A stretch of 64,000 nt of DNA from an uncultured Planctomycetota bacterium (GTDB lineage Bacteria > Planctomycetota > Planctomycetia > Pirellulales > Lacipirellulaceae): positions 1,856,001 to 1,920,000 of the forward strand of contig CAVRBU010000002.1 of the NCBI GenBank assembly GCA_963719315.1, written 5' to 3'. The position numbers were made by a program, and so were the translations under genes. This document shows, one piece after another, positions 47,081 through 58,581 of this stretch; positions within the stretch are counted from its first letter, which is position 1, and each line of letters begins with the position of its first letter. The notes under the pieces are model-generated. The model was not told where the DNA came from. It did not search any database and saw nothing but the letters and a program-made list of their open reading frames with translations.

Positions 47081-48283
47081 ATGCAAGAATCCGATCTCAT
47101 CATCATCGGCGGCGGCATCGTCGGCCTCGCGACCGCGTACCGCTTCCTCGAACGATACCCCGGCAAGCGCGTCACCGTGCTCGAAAAGGAGCCGAAGATC
47201 GGCCGCCACCAAACCGGACGCAACGCCGGCGTGCTCCACTCGGGAATTTACTATCGCCCCGGCTCACTCAAAGCCGAAAACTGCCGCGCGGGCAAAAAAG
47301 CGATGGAGGAGTTCTGCACACGCGAGGGTATCAAGTTCATCCTCTGCGGCAAGATCATCGTCGCCACCGAAGAATCGGAGCTGCCGCGCATGGACTTGCT
47401 CCTTGAACGCGGCCCGCAGAACGGCGTCGTCTGCAAACGAATTACGCCTGAAGAAATTCGCGAGTTGGAGCCACATGCCGCCGGTATCGCCGGCATCCAC
47501 ATCCCTGAATCCGGCGTCGTCGACTACGGCGAAGTCGCCCAACGCTTCGCCGATATCGTCACGCAACAAGGGAGCAGCGTCATCACGAGCGCCCGCGTCA
47601 CTGGCATTCGCCGCGACACCGCACGCGCCGTCGTCGAAACCGTCGCCGGCGAATTCGCCGCCCAACAAGTCGTCAATTGTGCCGGCCTATACAGCGACCG
47701 CGTCGCCCGGCTGAGCGGCGCGAAACCTTCCGCAATGATCATCCCCTTCCGCGGCGAGTTCTACGCCCTGCGCGAAGAAGCCCACCACCTGGTGCGAATG
47801 CTGATCTATCCCGTCCCCGATCCAAAATACCCTTTCCTCGGCGTCCACTTCACACGCCGCATCAACGGCCTCGTCGAATGCGGTCCCAATGCCGTGCTCG
47901 CCTTCGCCCGCGAAGGCTACCGCAACACGACGATCAACCTCCGCGACATGGCCGAGGTCCTCGCCTTCCCCGGCTTCTGGCGGCTGGCGACTCGTTATTG
48001 GAAAATCGGCGCCGATGAATTGTGGCGGAGTTTCAGCAAGCCGGCCTTCGTCCGCGCCCTCCAACGCCTCGTCCCCGCCATTGAATCGAAAATGTTGGAC
48101 TGGGCCCCCGCCGGCGTCCGAGCCCAAGCTGTCGGCCGCGACGGCCTGATGCTTGATGACTTCCTGATCGAAGAAACCGACCGCGTAGTCAACGTAGAAA
48201 ACGCCCCCTCCCCCGCCGCCACCGCATCGCTCAACGTCGGCAAACTCATCGTCGACCGCCTGGCGCCACGGTTCGATTCTTAA
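47081..48283 (+). CDS. lhgO: L-2-hydroxyglutarate oxidase family protein
   Basis: GGGIVG, HQTGRNAGVLHSGIYY, PFLGVHFT and NAPSPAATAS motifs. Confidence 0.9.
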   Translation: MQESDLIIIGGGIVGLATAYRFLERYPGKRVTVLEKEPKIGRHQTGRNAGVLHSGIYYRPGSLKAENCRAGKKAMEEFCTREGIKFILCGKIIVATEESELPRMDLLLERGPQNGVVCKRITPEEIRELEPHAAGIAGIHIPESGVVDYGEVAQRFADIVTQQGSSVITSARVTGIRRDTARAVVETVAGEFAAQQVVNCAGLYSDRVARLSGAKPSAMIIPFRGEFYALREEAHHLVRMLIYPVPDPKYPFLGVHFTRRINGLVECGPNAVLAFAREGYRNTTINLRDMAEVLAFPGFWRLATRYWKIGADELWRSFSKPAFVRALQRLVPAIESKMLDWAPAGVRAQAVGRDGLMLDDFLIEETDRVVNVENAPSPAATASLNVGKLIVDRLAPRFDS

Positions 48284-48312
48284 CTCCCTCTTCCAGATCA
48301 ATCGCTCCCCCC

Positions 48313-49545
48313 ATCCTGCGATCCCTCCAGGATCGAATGGATCGGAACGCGACCGATCAATCGGTGGTGTCGCTCCGCTCAACCACCGGCTAACGGCTAA
48401 GAACCCTCCGGGTTCGCGAAATGGGGCACACCCGCCTCCTTTGTCATCCCGAAGGGATGCCACCTTCGAGTCTTTTAAGATATGCCAACCATGAATCGAA
48501 TGCGTTTGTCATCCCGAAGGGATGCCAGCCATTAGCCGGCGGTTGAGGAGCGCCAGCGACAACACCGCCGGTCACCGTCACGCACAATCCCCCTCTCGAA
48601 CCCGCAGGGTTCGCAGCCCAACCCATCTCAATCGAGATACATTGGATCGTATTCGATCCCCGCCTTGTTAAGCATTTCAACCAATTCTTCCCGATACGTG
48701 CGCACCCGATGGTGCTCCTCTTGATTAGCAATGTACTCGCGAATCGGTCCCCGTGCCGTGGGGCTTACCGTGAACGCGGCATATCCTTCTTGCCAAGCGA
48801 ACCCGCGCTCCTGGATATGCTCATGGACCCACGCCGAGGACGCCTTCTTCAATTCACGCATGAAATCGGCCAGACAATGCGTGGCCTTCAAGCCAACGAG
48901 CAAATGAACATGGTCGGCCAGGCCACCAACGCCTTGCGGAAATCCGCCCAACCCCGCCACGGTTCCTCCCAAGTATTCGTGCAGCCGCGCGCGCCAAGGA
49001 GATGCGATCAATGGCTCGCGATTCTTGGTCGCAAATACCAAATGATAATGCAAGCTCAGGAAGGTCGATGCCATTTCAATTCTCCCCTTGTTGGTTGGCC
49101 GCCACTGCGATCCTTCCAGGATCAGGCCAATTGTAACTTTATCATCCCGAAGGGATGCCACCGTTGAGCCATTTTTAAGATATGCCAACCATGAGCCGAA
49201 TGCGTTTGCCATCCCGAAGGGATATCAGCCATTAGCCGGCGGTTGAGGAGCGCCAGCGAAGACACCGCCGGTCACCGTTGCCACGGCGGTAAGGAACCGT
49301 GGGCTAGCGCCCAGCGGCTGATTTCATCAGCCGGAACGCGATAGCGTCCGGTTCCTGGGGACGCGATTCCGATTAGTGTTCCTGCACCCCGCACAATCCC
49401 CCTTAACGAACCCGCAGGGTTCGCAGCCCAACCAGGCCCCAATCCTGCGATCCCTCCAGGATCGAATCGTTCGGAACACGACCCATCACCCGGTGGTATC
49501 GCTCCGCTCAACCACCGGCTAATGGCTAGAAACCCTCCGGGTTCC
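48313..49545. mobile_element. HUH/Y1 transposase locus with flanking palindromic repeat clusters (IS200/RAYT-like)
   Basis: 48313-48414 resembles 49442-49544 and 48444-48624 resembles 49142-49433; palindromes ATCCCGAAGGGAT, CGAACCCGCAGGGTTCG, GATCCCTCCAGGATC. Confidence 0.8.
48628..49074 (-). CDS. tnpA: IS200/IS605-family (Y1 HUH) transposase
   Basis: HYHLVFATKNR, DHVHLL, LKKASS, FAWQEGY and YIANQEEHH motifs. Confidence 0.93.
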   Translation of the reverse strand: MASTFLSLHYHLVFATKNREPLIASPWRARLHEYLGGTVAGLGGFPQGVGGLADHVHLLVGLKATHCLADFMRELKKASSAWVHEHIQERGFAWQEGYAAFTVSPTARGPIREYIANQEEHHRVRTYREELVEMLNKAGIEYDPMYLD

Positions 49546-50054
49546 CTGAAGAGCCGTTGTCCCGCCTTGTCACCCCAACGAGATGCCAGCCATTAGACGT
49601 AGGATGAGTTCATCCCGCAGGGAGAACCCAGCAAACAACCAACAAACCGTAAGCGTTTCACGAAACACATGGCCGCAACGCCCATTGCGAGCAGCCGGTG
49701 GGCGAGCTCCGGCAGCGTTTCAAAACGGTCGTTATCCGGTAACTGTCATCAATCAAAACCACCTCCGACGAGTTTTCGACATGCGGTGGTGGTTCGGGCT
49801 TTTCGTGCGGCACACCGTCCGCGAAACGCCACCTGTGCGTACTCGCAACTCGCAGTATGCTCAACGGTCTTTGACACCGAATGCAGTTTGCTCACAGAGT
49901 TCGGCACCGTGGGTTGTCCACCCGTTGCGAGTTGACCTTTGACCTAATTGCGTGCGGGGGGGCAACCGAACGCACGAAACGTATATTGCTTAAGTGCGTC
50001 GAGCGACGTGCGAAGTGCGAAGTGACCGCCGCGCGCTAGCAATTATCCGTTTCC

Positions 50055-50915
50055 TTATTTGAGGTAATCCATCACAGTACGGTTTGTTTCATTCCAAGCT
50101 TGCTCAAGATTTCCTTTATTCAATAAAACGAATCCGAGACATGTCCGTGATTCACCAGGAGCGACGCGACCAAAAAAGGGATTTGCGTGAACGCACGAAT
50201 AAGTACGTCTCCTGTTCGCCTGCAAGTGATGAGTGGGAGTCCACGTGGTTGTAAGTACAGTAGAAACGTTCTGACTGACCACCGCGATGATCCCATCGTC
50301 ACTTTCCTGAGTCGTGAAACCCCACTTCTTGCGATGGTCGTCGGTGCGCACGAGCATTTTTTGCCCCTTGACCAAAGTCATCCGGAAGAGATCCCGTCCT
50401 CCATCCGTTTCGCGACCGGCGTAGGTGAGAAACTTGCCTTCGCTACGATAGTATGTGCGTTTCCATTGCGGATCCCGAAACTCGCCACTCCCATACAATA
50501 GTAAGCAGACCGCAGCGACAACGTCCGACCAGGTTGTGTCCGATTGATTGCGAATGGTCAACGTAGCCATCCAACCAAGCTCAATTCGCTTGACCGCCAC
50601 TGCCACAGACAACTGCCCATTCGGCGTTACACGATTGTAACTCCAGATGCCATCAGTGCTTTTCCACTGGGCAGGTCCCTGCGTGGCCACTTGCACATCG
50701 GTTCGGCCCAAGAGCAATAGTTCTGGCAGCCACCATTGGGCAAGGCCGCGGTGGTCATCGAATTGCAGGTCGATGATTGGTTGCCTCACAACTGCCGGTC
50801 CTGGCAAAATTGGTTCTTCCGCAATGGCTGCGTGAATCTGTGGCCAAATCCCGAAACCGGACAGTACGGTGGCCGTCAATTTCAACTGTTCACGGCGATT
50901 CAGGAGTTTAGTCAT
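50055..50915 (-). CDS. Hypothetical exported protein with a Tat-like leader
   Basis: Long ORF in a lower-GC tract; LNRREQLK leader. Confidence 0.65.
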   Translation of the reverse strand: MTKLLNRREQLKLTATVLSGFGIWPQIHAAIAEEPILPGPAVVRQPIIDLQFDDHRGLAQWWLPELLLLGRTDVQVATQGPAQWKSTDGIWSYNRVTPNGQLSVAVAVKRIELGWMATLTIRNQSDTTWSDVVAAVCLLLYGSGEFRDPQWKRTYYRSEGKFLTYAGRETDGGRDLFRMTLVKGQKMLVRTDDHRKKWGFTTQESDDGIIAVVSQNVSTVLTTTWTPTHHLQANRRRTYSCVHANPFFGRVAPGESRTCLGFVLLNKGNLEQAWNETNRTVMDYLK

Positions 50916-51524
50916 TGAAGCCAATCCAACGTTGCGTCTCTGTTCCAAGAACAGGTGATGCATGTCTCAAGGGCACACTCGGTTTCGCCAGTGAAGAATG
51001 ATTGCGTCGACGGGACTGTTTTATTCATACAGCAGGGAATTGTACGGCACTAATCAGGGACAAACAACCAATCGATTTAATCCTTCATAGCGTCCGGACT
51101 GCGTCTCGATTGAAGCTGCTTGTGTAGCGGGCCAGATTGGAAAACTCTTTCAGGAACGGCGTACACACCGCAGTACGAAACCGCCAGTTCGCTAACTGCA
51201 TTTGATTACGCCCGCCGAAACACACTTGATTTCGTCGATGCTGTGGGGGCAACCCGCGCGAGTTAGCTAACTTCCATTTCCTACCGCGGGCAAGCGGCAC
51301 CATACTTTCCGTTCGTCGAGGCGTTCTGTTGCGACGGAACGTCAGCGTCAATCCCGAATGCGCTAATCAGCTTATAACTGAAGCATTATGCCGCACAACG
51401 TCCAGCTTGCGGAGCGGAGGTAAGAAAAGAACGAGCTTTTCGCATCCGTCCCGAGAAAACGGTCAATATCCGAGGCGTGCCGGAAAACACACGAGTAGAT
51501 GAGACGATGGCTCGGATTTGTATC

Positions 51525-51619
51525 GTCTAACGTTCCAAGCACAGTCACCTAGCCCACGGGAGGCCACGATTGCAATTGAACCGCGATAGCCGGGATCGCT
51601 CCAGCGAAAGGCGTTCGGT
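51525..51619 (-). other. Putative degenerate integron attC site
   Basis: Minus strand reads ACCGAAC (at the stop codon)...GCTGGAGCGA...GTTAGAC; 95 nt. Confidence 0.45.
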
Positions 51620-51834
51620 CAATTCGGCATTGGTGCATCCATGGGATCCCCGATTGCTTGGCTAAGCATCTTTTTGGAGACCAGCATGGGGCCAATGAGC
51701 AGCAGGGGAAGAATCATCGGCCAAGGAAACTTCGCGGAAGCGAAGGCGATGCTGAAGAAAGCCGGCAATGCCATTGCTACGAGCCAAAGAATGGTATTCC
51801 ACTTCAGCAAGTTTTTATTTTCGACGTTTTTCAT
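51619..51834 (-). CDS. Small two-TM hypothetical protein (cassette-like)
   Basis: 71 aa with two hydrophobic helices; followed directly by the attC-like site. Confidence 0.6.
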   Translation of the reverse strand: MKNVENKNLLKWNTILWLVAMALPAFFSIAFASAKFPWPMILPLLLIGPMLVSKKMLSQAIGDPMDAPMPN

Positions 51835-52288
51835 ACAGCTTCGTTTTCTTCCGTTGTGGTTGGTTCGGTTAACTGGAGAGATGCAAGAACATCGAATAAC
51901 TATTCGACCGCCGATGTGCGGCAAGACTTCTTCATATTATCAAGGCCAAACACGGCGGCGTCAATCTTGACGCGACACGATGAGGGTCAGAATCGTTGAT
52001 TTGCCGGGCTTCGTCGTCACAAGTCATTCTGCCGAGATATCTTCGGACAACGGTATGTCTAATCTCATCTCTTCAAGCAAAACACCGAGTACTCATCGAA
52101 CATTTGCTTCTCGGCAATGCGGCATTGGTTCGCCCAGCTACCGTGACCAGCACCGGCGAGATTTCGGGTGGGCCGCCAACCAAGTCTTCGGCAGTAGCGC
52201 CGGGTGCCACTGGCTATGCCAGTGCATTGTGAGTTCAACTTCGATCCAGGGTGCCAACCGGCAACCCGTGAATGAACGGCAGCCCCGG

Positions 52289-52500
52289 TCATTGTTGTCG
52301 GGGCGGGTCGAGTAAGTACCAGCTTGCACTCGACCACCTCCAGTCGACGGCCCGTTTCACCAGCCCACGTTGAACCGGGTTCATATAAATGTAGCCGATG
52401 GCTGCTTCGATCACGGAAGGCGTCGTCAAGTTCCGATCATAGCCCGGCCCCTCTTGCCAGAATCGAAAACAAGTCTTCCCCGGCCTCTCTTGACAACGGA
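52289..52500 (-). pseudogene. C-terminal remnant of a REP-associated tyrosine transposase
   Basis: FRFWQEGPGYDRNL...YIYMNPVQRGLV...DWRWSSA; HUH-bearing N-terminus absent; REP GGGTGCCACTGGCTATGCCAGTGC at 52202-52225. Confidence 0.8.
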
Positions 52501-52755
52501 AAAGGTTCCAAAAACCGAATACACACCTGAGCGCCGCGTGGCACTGCTGCCTCGTCCCACAGAGCTGACTCACTGCCCGCATCACGGGACTCCGCTCCAA
52601 CCAACAATGTATCAACCTCATCCTTCACGCCTCTGCGCCTCTGCGTGAGACCGTTTGCAAACGCCGTCAAGCCGCTATTCTAAGCCGCCCAATTTCCACG
52701 ACCCACCCTCTCGCTTTTGGCCGCGCACTGTGCTACGTTGGCCCAGCGCCGCAAA

Positions 52756-52859
52756 GTCCAGAGCTGAGAGTCAAGAGCCAAGCAATCAAACGACGCCTCA
52801 GCCTCGTCTCTATTTCCGGCTCTTGACTCTCGACTCTCGCTCCTCACCCCTCGCTCCCC
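52756..52859. repeat. Heptamer-repeat hairpin, same family as 38358-38430
   Basis: GAGAGTCAAGAGCC...GGCTCTTGACTCTCGACTCTC. Confidence 0.75.
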
Positions 52860-52955
52860 ACACACAACAACTCGCGCGAATTCCAAGAATATTGTCACAC
52901 CACCAATCACGCCCGACCTTGATTTACCGACGAGTGCACGCGCGCCGACGATCGG

Positions 52956-53066
52956 AACTCAGGACTTTTGACACCGTCGTGTGGGACCCCTACACATGGT
53001 ACAAAACTTAAATCGTTACGACGCAATAAGTTCGCCGCCGCGCTCCGCAATCGTGCTTATGCAAAA
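52956..53066 (+). repeat. Dispersed ~110-bp element, copy B
   Basis: Collinear with the reverse complement of 9796-9905. Confidence 0.6.
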
Positions 53067-53202
53067 CTCAAAGAGCCCCGAGCCCCACAACTTTTGTACG
53101 TCCGCCCCCATCAAACACCGCACAAAAGTCCCCACCGACACTTGACACCTGCTCCCCTCCGTCCCCTGTATCCTGTCTCCCGTCCCCTTTATACTCAACT
53201 CC

Positions 53203-54399
<1,197 letters not shown>

Positions 54400-54420
54400 G
54401 CATGGCATAGGAGGTTTTAT

Positions 54421-55796
54421 ATGCCGAAGATTTCAATTCTGCTTCTCGTCTCCGCCGTCACTCTCGCCCGCATCCCAGCCGCAGTTTGCGCTTTGCCAAA
54501 AGTGGTTGAGACGCACCCTGAAAACGGCGCCGTCAACGTCGACCCGGCAACGAAAGAAATTAGAGTCAAATTCGACCAGCCGATGGCGAAGGGTATGTCG
54601 GTCGTGGGTGGCGGAGAAAAATTCCCCGAGATCGTAGGAAAGCCAACTTGGGCGAATAACCGCACGATCACGATACGTGTAAAACTGCAGCCGAATCATG
54701 ACTATTGGCTCAGCATCAACAACGCCCGGTTCCAAAACTTCACGAACGCGGGCGGCGAGGCTGCGACGCCATACCCCATTCAGTTCAGAACGGGCGGCGC
54801 CGGAGCCGCAAAACATTCCTCGGCAACCGGAAGCGAAGCAGCGGAAAACGCTGACGCCACAGCCAATCGTCGCGCGTTCGAGCAATTGCAAACCGCGGTT
54901 CGAGATTATTACTCCTATCGCGACAGGCTTCCGATCGATTGGAACAAGTTGTTTAAATCTGCCGATGCGTCACTCATCGCGGCGAAGTCACCCGACGAGT
55001 TCGCTCGGTTGGCAGCGACGATGCTAGCCCAGGCAAAAGATAAGCACATCTGGCTGCAGATCGGCGATGAAACGGTTCCGACGTACGTAAACCCTTCGGT
55101 CGTAAATGCAAATTACAAGCTTTTGCGTGATTTTGTGCCCCAATTCAAGCCGCAGGGCCGGGCATCGCTAGCGGTCGCTGGAACGACGGAATCGGCTATA
55201 TCGGCATCGCAAGTTGGGATAAAGAGAAATTGGGTGATGGTACGGAACTACTCGAGGTGTTCAAAGGCCTTTCGGATACGAAGGCCCTTGTTATCGACGT
55301 TCGTGCCAATGGCGGCGGCGCCGAACCGCTGGCCCAGCGGTTTGCAGGCTGCTTCGTAAGCGAGCCGCGCCTTTACGCCAAAGACGTGCATCGCGACGTG
55401 AGTCAGCCGGGCGGCTTCACAAAGCCGAACGAACGTTGGCTCAAGCCAACCGCAGACTTTCCCGGCTACACCGGTCGCGTCGCAGTCCTAAGCGGACCGG
55501 CTGTGATGAGCAGCAACGAGTCGTTTCTCTTGATGATGAAGCAAGCGCCTGACGCGGTAATCGTTGGCGCACGGTCGCAGGGTAGTTCCGGGAATCCGAA
55601 GCCGCACGACCTTGGCAATGGCGTCACGGTCTTCCTGCCCTCATGGAAGGATATGACTGTCGACGGGCATGAATTGGAAGGAGTGGGCGTGCCGCCGGAC
55701 ATCGAAGTCAATGCGACAGCTAACGATTTTAGGGAATCCGACCCGGTACTTACGGCGGCTCTCGAGCACTTGCGCAAGGGCCGTCAGCAGCCGTGA
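54421..55796 (+). CDS. S41 family peptidase with N-terminal Ig-like domain; frameshift near 55157
   Basis: VVETHPENGA...FDQPM (Ig-like); VIDVRANGGG, MSSNESF, GSSGNP and EGVGVPPD (S41). Confidence 0.85.
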
Positions 55797-55822
55797 ACCA
55801 CGACGTTTGCTTACTATCGCCA

Positions 55823-56218
55823 CTAACGAGTCCTGCCCGCCAGCAGCGAAATGATCTCAATCGCCGCAAACACTTTATGCGGCGGGTGATTCGGCTCGCC
55901 GCGCAAAGAATGCCACACGGTTTGAGCGCGTCGCATGTATTGAACGCGCGATTCTTCCAGCGCGGTGTCGCCCAACTCATCCAACGTTGTGTGCCAGGCG
56001 TCGGCCGCGCCGTCGAGCGCGACGGGGTCGCCATCGATCGCGGCAAACATCAAATCGTCGAGCCATTCGAGTCGCGTCGTGGCGTCGATCTCTGCTTCCG
56101 CGTAATACGGCCGGTGCGGGTGCGGCCCTTCGAACGCTTCGCCATGGTTCTTGGGCGAAGAGTTCGAGGTCGGCTGCCGCCAACCTGCATCGACACGTTC
56201 ATGTTCGTTTCGAAGCAT
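55823..56218 (-). CDS. Small alpha-helical hypothetical protein, last gene of the GTPase operon
   Basis: Starts 4 nt after the GTPase stop; LEWLDDLMFAAIDG...EESRVQY. Confidence 0.75.
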   Translation of the reverse strand: MLRNEHERVDAGWRQPTSNSSPKNHGEAFEGPHPHRPYYAEAEIDATTRLEWLDDLMFAAIDGDPVALDGAADAWHTTLDELGDTALEESRVQYMRRAQTVWHSLRGEPNHPPHKVFAAIEIISLLAGRTR

Positions 56219-56222
56219 CGGG

Positions 56223-57188
56223 TTACCTTCCGCATAATCGAGCTGCCATGCCCGGCCTGTTCCAGTTGACATCGAGTTCGTTCATCAACCAACCAAACGG
56301 CTCGATGATGCCGTGCGGTTCGATCCGCAGCGGCACCGGTTGCCGGCGACCGTAACTGTCGCGGAAGGCGGTCGCACCGGAAACCGAGCAAGCGAACACG
56401 TCGTGCCGCGGGAACCGCGAGCGGCAATCCGACCATACCGCGGTCGCATGCGCTTCGGCGAACTCGCGCGGGTTCTCGTCCAGCCCGTCGCACTTGTCGC
56501 TCTTCGTCAGCACGAGTGCGAGCGGGCGGCGCTCTGGTCCGCGCTGCCGCCAAGTGTGCGACCGTTCATCGCGCAGGTCGGCGATGAGCGAGAGCAGCTT
56601 GAGCGTCAGGAAGTCCTGCGAATGGTCGCCGGCTTGCAGTTTTTCCGCGTCGGCCAGCACCATCACCCCCGCGCACTTTGCCAGCAAGGCGCGAATGGCC
56701 GGATACCGATTGGCGCGTTCCGTTTCGGTCGCCAGCGCTTCGCCCGAAAGGTCTGGAATTACCAGTTCCAATGGCCTCCGTCGCCGCCGGCAATTGAATT
56801 GACAATGCACCCAGTGCCAATGTTCGGGGGTGGTCACTGTCTTTTCCGGAAACCAGCCCGTGGCCAGTGCCGTGGTTGTCGTTTGTTGCAGCGAAATCGA
56901 CATCGGCCCTCGAGCCGTCGAGCGCAGCAACCCCACGTGCCGGGTCAGGAGGTCCATCAGCAGCCCGAGATACACGGTCTTGCCGGCGCCACTGGCGCCG
57001 ATGATCGCGATCAGGTGTGGATGCTTCTTTACCGAATGCACATTGTGTGCAAGCGACATCGGAGCTTGACAATTGCGGCAGCGCACTGCCGAGTAGCAGT
57101 TTTCATGATCGCATACCAAGCATGCGATGGGAGCCGCCTGCTCGGCGAGCAAGTACGTCTCCAGTGGCATCTGAACAAGTTGGGTCAT
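56223..57188 (-). CDS. TRAFAC-clade GTPase (double-GTPase-like) with N-terminal Zn ribbon
   Basis: CxxC-x9-CxxC; G1 GASGAGKT, G3 DLSG, G4 TKSD. Confidence 0.85.
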   Translation of the reverse strand: MTQLVQMPLETYLLAEQAAPIACLVCDHENCYSAVRCRNCQAPMSLAHNVHSVKKHPHLIAIIGASGAGKTVYLGLLMDLLTRHVGLLRSTARGPMSISLQQTTTTALATGWFPEKTVTTPEHWHWVHCQFNCRRRRRPLELVIPDLSGEALATETERANRYPAIRALLAKCAGVMVLADAEKLQAGDHSQDFLTLKLLSLIADLRDERSHTWRQRGPERRPLALVLTKSDKCDGLDENPREFAEAHATAVWSDCRSRFPRHDVFACSVSGATAFRDSYGRRQPVPLRIEPHGIIEPFGWLMNELDVNWNRPGMAARLCGR

Positions 57189-57286
57189 CGTGATTTTCCG
57201 CGGAGCTTGCTCCGCGCTCTACTGGAAGTTAGCGGCGCACGTTGCCGAGCGCCTCTTCAACACTCATCCGGCCAATCGTGCATATC

Positions 57287-58574
57287 TCAACAGGCCATTA
57301 CGGCGTTTTCCGCCGTGGACTCTTCGGCAACCGGCTCGTCGGCCGCCTGCTCTGGTTCGTCACTCTTGGCTTCCAGATCGCTCATCGGCAGCGCCAGGCG
57401 AAATCCGATATTTCGCCGCCGCGAGAGCGACTGCTCGCCACTTTGAAAGTGACACGTGGCCTGGTTTTCAAAATACGTATCGTACGCGCCTCCGCGAATG
57501 CTCATGACCGATTCGGAAACGTGCAGCGATGTGTCGCTCAACTCGCACAGGGGAGTCGACGTCCATTCCCACACGTTGCCGATTAGTTGATGAATTCCGC
57601 CCACGCTCGTGCCGCCCGGGTACTCGTCCACTCCCACGGGCCCGCTTTGTCCCGCACCGTACAAATGTGCCCGGCGAACATCGAACGACTCGCCCCAAGG
57701 GTAACGCCGCTGTGCGATCCGGCCCGGCGCCGATTCCACGGGCCACGCGCCGGCCTTTGTCCACTCGGCATCTGACGGAAGCCGCTTCCCCACCCACCGC
57801 GCGTATGCCCACGCTTCGAACCAACTGATTCCCACGACGGGCAGCCGACCTTCGGTGCTAGAATACCGGCCATCCGTCCAATATCGCGGCCCAGGCTCAC
57901 CGCTCTGGTCGACGAAGTCGAGCAGAGCCGGCAGTGCTTCCTCGTCCCAGAATTCGAGTTGCTCGTAGCCGCCCGCATCGACAAACCGCTGAAATTCTTC
58001 ATTCGTCACGCAAAAGCGATCCAGATACACCGGCTCGACGCCGACGAGATTGCGCTGGATCAGCTTCGGATCCGTATCCGTTGGACCGCAGGCCGAGCGC
58101 GATTGCTCGGCCAATTGCCCCAGCAGCACGCGGCCCGCTGGCACGAGGGCCATGCTCTCATCGAGCTGCCGGATGGCCCGCACCACGTCCACCTGCGTGA
58201 GATGCTGTTTCGTTTCGGGGCGCAGAAGGAGCGCGTAACGCCTCGTCGCCAGGAGGTCGTTAACCAGTGCATCCGTACTGCGCGGCGAGGTATTCTTCTG
58301 CAATCGCTCTAGCACGGGTGGACGTTCACTGGGGCCCTGTCCTTCCCCGGCCGCGCCCGCGCTGCGACGTTCTTTTCGTCGCTTCTCGGGCGATTGCATC
58401 GGCGTCGCTCCGCCGATTTGCCGTAGCACGAGGCACAGCGCGTACAGCGCTGCCGCCCAGAAGGCTTACGCTCTGCCACAGCAAGCCGCACACGAATACC
58501 GTGGCCGCCACAGCCGCGCTCAGCCACTGCGACCGACCGCGAATCCCGTCGATAATCTTTCGTCGATTGCTCAT
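57287..58574 (-). CDS. Membrane-anchored FGE/SUMF1-fold protein; frameshift near 58441
   Basis: VTNEEFQRF, PVVGISW, RLPSDAEW, GNVWEW, RGG and NIGFR motifs; the N-terminal TM part lies in ORF 58326-58574. Confidence 0.85.
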
Positions 58575-58581
58575 CGCATGC

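Noticed and set aside
48313..49545. Repeat cluster as a CRISPR array or a TnpB/omegaRNA locus
   Set aside because: No regular repeat-spacer period, and no tnpB/iscB ORF or RuvC motifs nearby.
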